Origin: Takakia lepidozioides
Lineage: Eukaryota; Plantae; Bryophyta
NCBI GenBank assembly: GCA_030704615.1
Contig: CM060731.1
Location: 78,864,001 to 78,928,000 of the forward strand
Reading direction: 5' to 3'
Length of the DNA stretch: 64,000 nt
The notes under the pieces are model-generated. The model ran no database searches and had not been told where the DNA came from. It saw only the letters and a program-made list of their open reading frames with translations. Positions 39,331-50,794 of the stretch are shown here, one piece after another. A program made the translations under genes and the position numbers. Position 1 is the first letter of the stretch. Each line of letters starts with the position of its first letter.

Positions 39331-41180
39331 CATGGCCGCTCTGGCAGTTTAGCCATTTCTCCAAGGGGTTTAGCCACGCCAAGCTAGGGTTTGTGTCTCT
39401 TGGACTCTAGGCTTCTTTCCACCGAGCTATGGTGGCTGTGAGGAAATCAGCAAGGTATCCTTGCTCTTTCGGCTCCCACACACCACCATAGTAGCCCTAA
39501 GCCATGAGGTGGTTGCCACAAACCAAGCCTTCTTTCTCACTTAGCCTCCCCAAACACGCCACTAAACTCAATGGCAAACAACCAAGCCCTGCTGGTTCCC
39601 AGCCCTTGTGAGCACTCATTCAAGCACTCTCATTGGCCATAGCATCTGTCTTAGAGCCTATTCAGCCCTACACCTGTTGCTTCAAGAGTTGCGCTCCCTT
39701 CAAGCTTGAAGTTGAAACCCCAACTCACATAGGCCCTACAAGTGCTTTCTTTCACTCCAAGTGGAAACCAGCCCTAGACCTTCCGTTCTAGCTCTCTAAG
39801 CTTGAAAACAAGAGCCTCAATGGGCTGAAGGCATGCTCCACACATGCCCCACTCTCACCATAAGAGAATCAGCTCCTTTGCTTCATTTCTTGCACCCACA
39901 AACCTGAAATACAAGCTTCAGCAGGCTGAAAGCATGCTCTACATGCCCTACAGGGAAACCAGCCCCTTCCTTCCTTTCTTGCACTCCCACACCTAAAAGT
40001 GCAAGCCTTCACCAGGCTGATAGCATGCTCCACACATGCATTGCCCTCACATAAGGGAAGTCAGCCCTTCCCTCTTCCTTGCTTGCCCTCCAAGCTTGAA
40101 GATGGAAGCTTCAATGAGCTGAATACATGCTCCACACATGCAACCTCTTCACACAAGAGATATCAGCCCCCTATCTTGGCTCCTTGGCTCCTTGATGCTC
40201 TCTAAGACAAGACTAAGCACTCCACAGCCTTTGCCAAGCTCCTGAAACCCTAAGGCTTACATTTCCAGCCACAAGACACTTCTCTTGTGGTGCAAGAGCT
40301 CTTCTTCCAAGCTCTGAAACCCTAGGTGCACATTCCATGGCCTTGCCGCACCTCTTAGCTCCTGTTCCAGCCCTGCTCTTGCCATGACAAGAGCCCTCTC
40401 AATGCTGAAGCTCGAGATTGAAACCCAATCTCACCATACTCCACAAAGTGCACTGATTTGCCCCAAGCCAAATCAGCCCTTTCGCTTGGTCTTGCAATCC
40501 TTCACACAATGAAGCTCGCATTCCCAAGTCCAGTTCTCAGCTTTGCCACCAAAGCCACTATAACCTGCTCTTGACTGGTCCTCTTCCCAATCGTGCTTGC
40601 TCATGCATGTACACAATCTGAAACCATCAAGGTGCTCTGGAATTACCTACAGTATGGTGCTTTCATCTCTGAAGCTGAAGATCGAATGCCAAGGTTTACC
40701 ACCTCGTAACCCACATCGCCTCCGCTTCTAACAACCAAGAGCTCCACGGTGCTCCTTGCATAACAACTTGGTTTCTCTCATTCTCAAGCAAAAACCACAA
40801 GTGCTACAACTAACTCGTATCTAGCACTCATAGATACGAGCTCATCTTTCTCGAGTGATAAAAGAAGAATACAAGCACAAGCTCATGCGAGCTCACAAAG
40901 CTGAAGCATAAACTCATGCATATATAACCTCATCACTCAAATACAAGTCAAGCCAAGTGCACCCCACGCCATGGGGAATCCACACTACGGCGCCATAGCT
41001 AGGCGCGGTGAGGCTCAACTCGAGAAAGATGAGCCTCCCGCGCTTGCCGTGAAGATAACCACTCCAGGGCCTAAATCTGCCTTGACCCCTGGATTGACAC
41101 TTGGGCCAATCCCAAATGTCAATATGTAAAAGCTAGCTATTTCCTAGCTAGTTTCACACTAGTGGTAAAATAACTTGACA

Positions 41181-41471
41181 CTGGAATCGTACCAGATGTT
41201 GTTCTGGACACTGCTCTGATGAACATGTATGCAAAATGTGGGAGGAGCGTCGAGGATGCAAAGGGAGTGTTGGACAATATGGCTGAACGATATGTGGTGT
41301 CTTGGACTGCGATGATCACAGCTTATGCACAGCAGGGGCACGGGATGGAGGCTTTGGAGACCTATGAGCAAATGATAAGGAAAGATGTGAAGCCCGACCA
41401 GATCACCCAAGGTTAGGTTTGCAAGGTGTGTGCGAGCCTGACAGCGCTTGATAAGGGCAAGGAAGTCCATG
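41181..41471 (+). pseudogene. PLS-class PPR gene relic, part 3' of the DNMT element
   Basis: GIVPDVVLDTALMNMYAKCG..VEDAKGVLDNMAERYVVSWTAMITAYAQQGHGMEAL...VKPDQIT, a stop, then CASLTALDKGKEVH, cut by CACTA at 41472. Confidence 0.85.
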
Positions 41472-44400
41472 CACTACTACGTTTAGGGGGGGTTAGTGAC
41501 GTCGGGACCCCAGGCGCGTCGGACTGACGACCCTCCTGCGACTGCAGCGCCGCGCAGGCACCCGGCCCGGAAATTGCGACGTCAGCCCGTCGCCGCCGCG
41601 CCGCTCCGGTGACGCTTCGCCTGCTTGCGATTCCGCCACGTTGCTGCTGTTGGGATGACCGTCAGCGAGCTGGGGGTTTGCGACGCCGGGGCGTCGCACT
41701 TACTCTCTGCGACGCTCCCATAAGGCTGCGACTGCGGGAATCGCAACAACACCCCTCACACTTAGGCGTGTGGGGAGGGCCGAGTCAGGTCGTGTTGTTG
41801 GGGTTTGCGACGTCCAGAGGCCGCGACGTTGGGGAGTCGCAAGGATGCCATTTTTCCCTTGGCCGCCACGTGGCGAGGGCACGCCACCTTGCGGGGGTTG
41901 CGACTGCTAGAAGTCGCCCGTCAGCGGTAATGCGACGGGCCTGCGACGTCCGAGAGTCGCAGAGAGGCCCTATTTAGTGTCTCTTTGCAAAGGTCATGGC
42001 TGAGGCCAGGGTCGATTGATCCCCTTCTTCCAATCTTTATAGTGCTCATTCTCTCTTGCTGTATAAACGGGCCAGAGTTCTTTTTACCACCATTGGTGCC
42101 GATCCTAGCAAACTTGACGGCCGCCGCCACATCCTCCTCCTCATCCCCTCAGGTGGGATGATGATTTTTTGCACATGCACATGATTTTGTTTTATTCCGT
42201 TCCCAAGCCATATGCTTAATGACAACGTTTGCAATGCATGTGCAAATTTTGGGAGTGAACAAAAATCATTTGGACTGAAAACCATATTTTCTTCCCTCAT
42301 TTGTACTCCCAAGTTGAGTTCTTTTCAACTTCATGCACTCTCCATAGAGAGTTCCGCAATAGTGAGTGAAGGAAATGCTTGTTTTTTTTGGTTTTTTTTG
42401 TTTGGTCCAATTTTTTCCAGTAGTGGTCTGGGGTTTGCATTCACAAAACAAAATAGAGCTAAAACAAAAATCATTACGTAGGACAAATCTGCAATCATAG
42501 ATATTGTAAATGTAGGGGGTTGCGACCTCCAAGGGTCGCCTTGCGACGGCATTGCGATGCCCCAACATGTCTGCGACGGCGGGGAATCGCAATATCGCCT
42601 TTTCTGTGTCTTTGCAAAGGTCATGGCAGAGGCCAAGCTGAATGGATCCATTGTTGCAAATCTTTTTTAGTCCTCCTTCTGTGCTACAATATAACAGGTC
42701 TATCTTGCATGTGGGAGACCATGATCAACCCGAGCGGCCTTATTGTTAAAAACAAAGGGCAGGAAGAGGGGGTGGGGACACTAGGAAAGGAAAAGGGAAG
42801 GGCCATGGGATTAGAGGGTTGGGGTATAGATTGCTTTGGCAATGGCTTTAGCAACATTGTTGTCTTTCACACCAATTTCGAAGATTCTTTCTGTTGCATC
42901 GAGATCATGGTAACCAAATCGATTGAAGGGTTTCCAGGGGTAAGTCTTGGTCAGCACTTGTAGAACAAGAACCATGTCTTCCAACATTCTTGCCCTCGTA
43001 CAAAAATTCAACAATCCTAGAGTAATTTTTTTTGAGTCACAACTTCACTAGAATCATTCGTAGATCGCCACACCTACAAAGGATTTTTTTCATGGATTTT
43101 TCATTAATCAATCATAGAAATAAGCTACAGGCATGTACATGTACAATCAATCGAAGGGATGGGTACAATTCTGTGTGAGAATTATTATGTAGCTTTGATT
43201 ACGTGTCTAATCAACTTGAACATCATCATCCGGAGCTTCTTCATCCTCATCAAGCTGCAAGACTTCTTGCTCATCAGAGTCATTGCATAAATGCCTGGTC
43301 ACCAAAGACACCATTCGAATCTCTTTCACCTCGTTTCATGACCATGTCTTCATCTTCTTCTCCAACGTCCGCTCTGATGGAGCCTCACCGTAATAGGTCC
43401 GGATGCATTGTCTGGGTGTACCATCTCTATTGTACCCCCTCTATCCAACCTCGGCCAACATCAGCGTCATCATGGCCAGTCTCTTCCTCCTCCACATCTG
43501 CCTCGCCCCGTGTAGGTCCCCGACCATGATAGATACGTCTTCCTCTTGGCTGAGCAGGGGGTTGCTATTTCATGAGCGGCATGAGCATGAGCGGAAAAAA
43601 TAAAAAACATGAGCGGACCATTGTGTGTCCACGGAATAGGGTTAGGAGGCACGGAAAATAGGGTCAATGAAGTTGGAATTTGGCACCAGTGAACTCGTCA
43701 TAGCAATGAAATACAACATTTTTGCAATTTTGTGCAAGCCACATCTATACAAGTGTGTCCTAACTGTCATAGCCGGAATGGGCACTACTCTCCTACCCCT
43801 CCGAGGAACTTGCCCCGCCTTCCTCCTCATCCCCCTCATCCCCCCCATCCTCCGAGCTTTGTGATGCATCAGTTTCACTATGCCTCTCAAAAATTCCGTC
43901 CTCTCCTTTGGGGACTGTCCACCTCTCCTCCTGGGAATCTTCTGTCTCTTCTCCCCCCCTTTCCTCAGCAGAATCCAAGACAAATCTACAAGCTTGACGG
44001 GCTCTAATAGCTTCTACTGCCTCCTCCCTCATCTTCATTTCTTGAGGTTTGCCTCGTCTAAAATCTGCTGTACACGACTAGATTCGGAAGACCTCCTAAT
44101 GACAACCGAAGCAAGCCGGCAGCATAAGGTAGGAAGGATGTAGTCCCTTTTTGGACTAGGCATGAAATCCCCCCTGGCAAAAAAAGGCACGTTCTTCCTG
44201 CCCATGAACTGCGGTGTAGACGTCCCTCCTGCAGTACTTGGCATCCTGCAGTAAGAACAAATCCCCTTTAAAATGTCAATACCAGTAGAAGCAAAAAAGG
44301 GTCTTTCAATGAAATAAGAGAGCGAAGGGAGGTGCCTCACGAAATCAGGAGGCAACTTACAAATGCGACCACTCACTCGTAAACACCGGGGCTCCTCCTC

Positions 44401-45362
44401 GCCTCGATCCCAACTTGTACCTCCCTTGCTCCTTGTCGGATTCTTCCTCATCCTTCGAGGATGCTTCTTTTCTTTCGGCAGACGTTCAGCCGCTGCAAGT
44501 TCGAGTTGTGGAGGGCAGTATCTGGCTCGAAGGCGAAAACATGCCTGTCGGACAATGTCCCTGCCCACATTGAGGCACCTGAGGGACAAAACGGGTGGTT
44601 AGTAGCATGCGACATGCAATTGCAATCGGCCAGGGGACAAATGGTGCACTTGAAGGCTTCTCGTACCGCATGTGAGGTCAAGAATCCGCCCTTGGACATC
44701 TGAGCACGTCTCCATGAGGGTTGGATTAAAGCATGGCTCCGGGTCCGGCTGTACCCAACGGTTTGTCCTGTCTTGTTTCCTTTCGGCATACTGGAGTGGG
44801 GCAATAGTTGTAGAGGACATCGTAGGTACAGGGTCCACAACGCATCAACAAGACGACCGTCGTTGCGGAATTTGAACGTAGACCCTCTCTTCACAAACAA
44901 TATGCTCAAACACCAATGTCTGCACATCCAACAAAGAGGGATCACTCCACTCCAGGGTCTAGTTCAGATACCCACAATATGAAGTGAATGCAATAGATTG
45001 ATAACTTACACTCTGGCCCTCTGTTTCGCAACCCCTGCGTATTGATGCAGAACCATTTTTGATGAGGACCGGGGTGACACTTTCGGTGTCCACCTGCCCA
45101 CATTGTCTGTGGTCTTCTCTTGTGCAAGGACCACCATACATCCACCATCATCCAGGAGCATCCCGCCAGCCCAAACCGACTCTCCAGTAGTCCTCAGTAA
45201 ACCTTTCCAGGTGGGCACACCATCTAGGCCCTCCAGCAGCTCCCCATCTGGAATATCGAGGAGAATCATATCGCAGGTTCTCTCCACCTCAACCCTACCC
45301 CGAGTGCTCTTGCAATCCGTGCTCACAGCCGTGAAGAATTCCATCATGGATTCGAAACCAGG

Positions 45363-45683
45363 TGTCGTGCACCTCACTTCGGTAAGCTCCCCTCAAGTCA
45401 TAGTTACTCGCTTTGATGCGCGCGCCTGACTCCCAACCTGGCCGCCGGGCCAACTTGGAGCTTCGGCTGCTCACCGGGACATAACGGTCCCCCTTCGCTT
45501 CCCCCACTAAACCCTCCACCTATTTGGGCCTAGTGGAATTCCCTTTGGTAGATGGCAGTCCGGAACAGCTCCCCACTCTTTGTCGCTTTCCGGCTCGCTC
45601 GCTTACTCACTAGTTTTTGGTCACCACAGGGGCAGCCCCTCATGTGTCCCGACCCCCTGCCCTCAAGGCAAAGGGCCGCGACA
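45363..45683. mobile_element. Solo LTR of the chromovirus family, with ~400-bp internal deletion
   Basis: TGTCGTGCACCTCACTTCGG...AAGGGCCGCGACA; 5-bp TSD CCAGG (45358-45362, 45684-45688); deletion junction at CACCA microhomology. Confidence 0.95.
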
Positions 45684-46519
45684 CCAGGGGTGTCTTTAGG
45701 CTCTATACTGGGAGCCCTCTTCTTGGCTTTCCCCTTCTGCTCCTCCATAGACTTGGTTTTGTGCCAACCTTCTTCCGCCCTTGGCAGCCAAAGCATAAGG
45801 AAGCTCTCATTGACACATTGGATGATGGTTGGGGGTTCTAGCTTTGGCCTCTTCGGAAATGTCACCGCCGAATACCGCCGTGTAGGCTCGCCCTCAAATG
45901 CCAACTTCTTGGCAGAGCCAGTCCCAGACCAAACTGATTGGGAACCCCGGACGACGGTGACTTGGTAGCAGCAGCAGCAGATCGCAGGACCTTGTACAAA
46001 TTCGTCGTCGGAGTCACTCCCTTGGGGCCCCTCCTGCGCCCCTCTGGTGCCCTGGTGGTTTTCTGTTTTTGGGTGTTAGTGTACTCCCCTGTTTCCTGTT
46101 CCTTTTCTTTTGTCCTTTATTCTTCTCATTCAATTTCTCTTGAATACCTGCCTGAGCAAGCTCTGCCGCTTTCTTGGACTGGGCAAGCGCTCTCGCCTCC
46201 TTTGGACCCAGCGGAGCAAGCGGAGCCCGTTTCGTCGAGCCTCAGCATCCAGCTTCATTGAAACTCGGATGGGTCGAGCGAGCCGGGCAGAAGGTCCACA
46301 TACCAAGGGCAGTCGCGCAAATGTTCCAGACCACTCCTTCACGATGACGTCGTGTACATGGAGTCAGCCCCAGGGTTCCTCCATGCGAGGAAGAATGGCG
46401 GCTCGAAGGACAGATGTCCTTTCTCCAAAGGGAGAACTTGCAGTACCCCTGCTTCAAGAAACACACAGAATGAGGTCCCGGGAACGAGGTAAATTTTGGG
46501 GAAGGAAAATGACTAGGCC

Positions 46520-47030
46520 CGGAACTGGAAATTCCGGTTTCGGTGCCTACCACACTAGGGGCCCTGCACTGGAAAACCGGCGCCATTTTCCCAGGTTGGG
46601 GCCGAATATGCCTAAGTCCCAGAACTCACTGGGCCCGGAACTGGAAAAATGGCGCCAAATTTCCTGTTTCGGTGCCTGCCTCTAAAGGGACTTAGCCATT
46701 TTCGGGCCCGTTCACTGGAAATTCGGCGCCATTTTCCCAGGTTGGGCCCGAAAATGGCTAAGTCCCAGCTGACTTTGCCCTGATCTGGAAAAATGGCGCC
46801 GAATTTCCGGATTCGGCCACCTCCCCAGGGACCTAGCCATTTTCAGGGCCCTCAACTGGAAATTTGGCGCCATTTTTTACCCAGGTTGGGGCCGAGAATG
46901 GGTAAGTCCCAGATCTGACTGGGCCTGCAACTGGAAAAATGGCGCCGAATTTCCGGACTGAGTGCCAAGCACCCCCTGGACAGCCATCCCTGAGGGCCCG
47001 AATTCGGAAATTTGGCGCCATTTTTCCTAG
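46520..47030. repeat. Palindrome array 1 (GGAAA-x-GGCGCC-x-TTTCC cores, irregular spacing)
   Basis: About 7-8 imperfect palindromes, e.g. CTGGAAATTCGGCGCCATTTTCCCAG, separated by related AAGTCCCAG/GGGCCC linkers. Confidence 0.85.
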
Positions 47031-50000
47031 GACCACAACTAATTTTCATGCCCCACATAGTGCCTCTTACATCCTGGAAATGTTAGGACTAAAAAGAAAG
47101 GCACAACGTATTATCTGTACAGAAGGCACATTGCCGCTTTGTCCGCATTCGGCTGGTCAGTGAACTCGTGGCTCCGGCGGGCATGGGTAATCTCTCGAAG
47201 AATAGGTCGGTTTTGTAGAGCAGAAAGTACCTCGTCACATTGTCGCTAGGCTCTCAGCTTCACCAGAAATCTCCAGCTTGAACTGATGTGCTTGTGTGTC
47301 AAGCTGCTCTTGCGCATTTGTCGTCACCTGTGGAGATTCTCCATCAGACCGTTTTCCTCAAAAAATACAATAAATCCATCCGATACGAGAGGAGACGCCC
47401 CAAATGAAGCGTGGAAAGTACCTGAAAACACCATGTCATGCGATTCATCCACATGTCGAATGTGGGGTCGGACAGTTTGTCGGGTTTGGGAAGCTCCCAT
47501 GTCCCTTGTACTTTGGGAACCATTCCAGATTTGGAGCCACCGGGTCTGTCCAACCACCCAGCATATTAGTAAGCGCCAAACACCACAAAAACGAATTGCG
47601 GCCACGACAATTTGGTTAAGAATGTATAACCTTTTCTGTTGCATCCACACATGATGTGGCTAGACGATGCCCAGCTTCTCCAATGTCATTGTGGGCTTCA
47701 GAGCCGGAGTAGTGCTTCCCCACCTCCACCAGAAAATCGGCACCAAGGGCGGATCAGCTATGGCCACGTACTTTACATCCGCGACTTGTACTTGATGCGG
47801 GCCTTCGCCTCCGCAGCTTTGAGATACGATTCCAGTGCCGGAAGGGTTAGTTTCTTCTCCTCTGACTCTATGTAGAACCTCCGCGCATGTGCCAAATCCT
47901 GCTAAATTTTCATCTGTCAAGAATGCACACATAAGATTAGAGATCCTGCTCAAACTTTTTTCTTCTATTGGGGGAGGAGAGACAGATTAGCTCAACAAAA
48001 CAGTGAGGAGCTTTACCCGAAATATGTAGTCCACCATGGCGTCCATGCTCAGCCTATACCAGGTTCTGTCTGCCTTTGCCTCCGACTTACGCAGCGAGGT
48101 CGGCACTGAGCGAATTGGCAAACTCTTGCACCCCCTGCTTCCTGGCATCCTTCACTCGGAGAGCATATGGGACAAGTGGTGGCAATGAAGGCATTCTCAG
48201 TCACCCTGCAATGCCACATTTCCATTAAACAATACAGAAATGAGAATTTGCAACAAATATGACGATTGGCAATGAAATGTCTGTTTCAAATTCAAAGTTC
48301 CAAAGCAAGAAACATGTAACTTACGAGTTGATGTCTGCCATTGCCGCTTTGAGAAGACTGCGATCTTTGGGCCCCGCAACCTTGAGCACAACACACTCCA
48401 CGACGAAATGCCAATCCAGGTCGTTGGGGTGGGCTTGGGCTATGTACTCCATCCATGCCAGGAGGCGATAATTGCCGTCCCACACGTAAAAACATCTTTC
48501 CGGACAAGTGCTGGAAAGAGGATCAGTAGCAATCAATCTCTCGAACTCCTCATTTTGCCTTTGCCAATGGGACCCCATTTGTCCACCTCATCGGAAGTGT
48601 GGGCACGAGAAGCTCCGTGGTCGTTCTCCATGGAAACGTAAAACGTGGCAGACCCCATTCGATATCTCTCCCGGAAAGAGAATTTCAGCTTGTCGATATC
48701 GCCTGGGAGGCAGGTCTGACCACCTGCAATGAAACCAAGCGGCAAAGGGGAATCCGAAGCTTGGCCGGGTACACCATGCCCCCCAGGACCCTGCCAATGT
48801 TGCTGTGGGTTGCCTCCAACATCTTGGCAATGGCCAACTTTATATCCGCCTCCGACATGACGTCTGTTGTAGGGGGGTTCTCTGGCAGCCCACCCGGACC
48901 ACCAAATCCAGCCTGTATGCTCCGGGTTTGGGGCCTGGGGATGTCCGGGAGGATGTCATCCTGGTCAGAAAGCTCCCTCTCGTCGTCCTCAACATGGTCA
49001 ACCACTGCCGGAACCACCTCGAGCACTCTCCCCGTCTCTACTGCCCGCTCCCTGGCTTCACCTCGAACTTGCACAATCCGTGCTCTTTGTGGTGTTCTTT
49101 CCCCTCCTCCAATCTCCACCGTATGGGTAATTGCGGGGGCTGCTCCTGCCCGCGATGGTGTAACCGGTGTGTTACTGCCTCTTTGTGGTGTCTTGGAGGG
49201 ATCCACCGTCTCTATGCGTCCCTCGCTTACATGGGCATCTGTCATTTCGACACCCCTGGCCTCTTCAGTGGCCTTTTCTCTTTCTTCCTGGCTAGCCTTC
49301 TGTCTCGCCTGTTCTTTTGCCCTCTCTTTTGCCCTCTCACTGGCTTTCTGTTTCTTACTAGGGGTAGCAGTAGGGGAGCCCTCCAGGACGACCACCTTTG
49401 ATTGAGGCGAACTGACACCCTCGCGCGCCCTGCTCACTCCCCCCCTCCGCAGCCCGTGACGGCTCTCTCGCCGGGGATTGCATGTGCTTGGCTTTCTTCT
49501 TCTTCTTTGCGTGGGCGGGCCCTACTGCATGTGCATCAACATCCTCCATTGCCGGATCTGCTGTCCTCATCCGATGCCCTTCACCTGCCATGCCGCCTGC
49601 ACCAACCTCCCCAATGCCTATTCTGTCGTACTCTCGCTGCAGGTCCTCCCGTCCACCAAGGTTTTAGTTTGCCCTCCCGCCCCAAGTTGGGCGATCCAAA
49701 CATGCGATGAGTAGCGGCTTTGGAGTGACTGCTCGAGCAGTTGGAACTGTCGATGATACCACCAGCGTGCCGGGCTCGTTGTCACTCTGTCATCCCCAAA
49801 AATCGTGAGAACCAACATCGGAATGAAAACCACCATCGCAACGAGCACCGCAAACCACCATCGCAACAATGTGGAACAACAATGAAAACAAAAAAAACCA
49901 AGTATGGAGTGGCATGGAACAACAATGAAAACAAATCGAACCAATGCCTAAGAATGACATGCACAAGCAGCCTTCTCCAGAGCTGTCGGCTTTGCACACG

Positions 50001-50794
50001 CATTGCAAACTATCTAAGGTTCACTCAACCAATAACATGAAACACGATGAACAAATGAACACGAATTCCATAAGACGGGAAAACAGGGTGAAATGTTTTG
50101 AAGGCACTTCATCTGCTCAGACAATCTTCTCAGCTCAGCATGGATTTCCTTAATTCCGAGCTGCAACATGTTATCTGCAGCGAGGTGTGCACCCTGTTGC
50201 AAATCTGAATGCAGCAACGACCTGGCTCCTTTCTAACCACTCTGACCTTGATCATTCTTCTCAACAACTCCTGCTTTTGCGATGCAACCATGCGCTTCCA
50301 GGGCTGCCAGGCAGAAGATGCGAAAACAAACAAAAAAAACGAAGAAAACCGAAAGAGGAAGGGGCGGACCTTAGAGTGCTCGGCTTCAGTTGGCGTGGGC
50401 CGTGAGCAAGACAATGGAATTTCCTGCTGTAGCTTAAGTTTGGCCATGCGAGAGGTTGGACGTCGCCTGTAGTACAAAGCCTTCAGCTTCCGCCGTGGTC
50501 TGGATGTGGGGTCTCTCTCAGGAGAGCCACGCCCTTCTCCACGCGGCATAAGTCCCAGCAAAAGAAAAAAGATCTCGCCAAATGTGTGCGTACATGCCTC
50601 CAATAGAAGTTCATCCAAGTTTAGCATCAGGTTTCCAAGGCGTATCCGAGAAGCAACCGCGGAATCCCTGTGTCGTCAGCCCGGTTCAAAACCGACGGCG
50701 GAGGACATTTAATGCCCAACTGCGCCATTAATGTATGGAGGTCGGTCACAGGTGCCCACCGAATATCCCCCCGAGACTTCGTCAATCGCCCGCT

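Larger units (their letters stand above)
30318..41180 (-). mobile_element. Ty3/gypsy-type retroelement encoding a C5-cytosine DNA methyltransferase and a PHD finger; no recognisable LTR pair
   Basis: Ends TGTC...GACA with a 4-bp duplication CTGG (30314-30317, 41181-41184). Removing the element and one CTGG restores the PPR frame KAG-IVPDVV. Minus-strand order is gag, protease, DNMT, RT, RNase H, integrase, PHD. Confidence 0.92.
44450..49590 (-). pseudogene. Decayed spliced gene: ParB/Srx-like N-terminal domain plus C-terminal beta-class N4C/N6A DNA methyltransferase-like domain
   Basis: ParB-like: IPLCRLVSLQVVRP..GDIDKLK..F...FYVS...FYVWDGNYRLLAW (48320-48760). MTase-like: DMILLDIPDG (45243-45272), MLLDDGGCMVVL, LMETCSDVQGRILDLTCGT (ILDLTCGT at 44662-44685), then after an intron ASMWAGTLSDRHVFAFEPD (44520-44578). 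Frameshifts and a solo-LTR insertion. Confidence 0.65.

Noticed and set aside
38671-39387. 238-aa and 218-aa Ser/Pro/Gln/His-rich ORFs
   Set aside because: They are read-throughs of the TCACAGCCC minisatellite, antisense to the element.
30318-41180. DIRS-type identity for the methyltransferase retroelement
   Set aside because: It has a DDE integrase, a protease and a TSD, and no tyrosine recombinase; its MTase is C5 type, not the Dam-like DIRS type.
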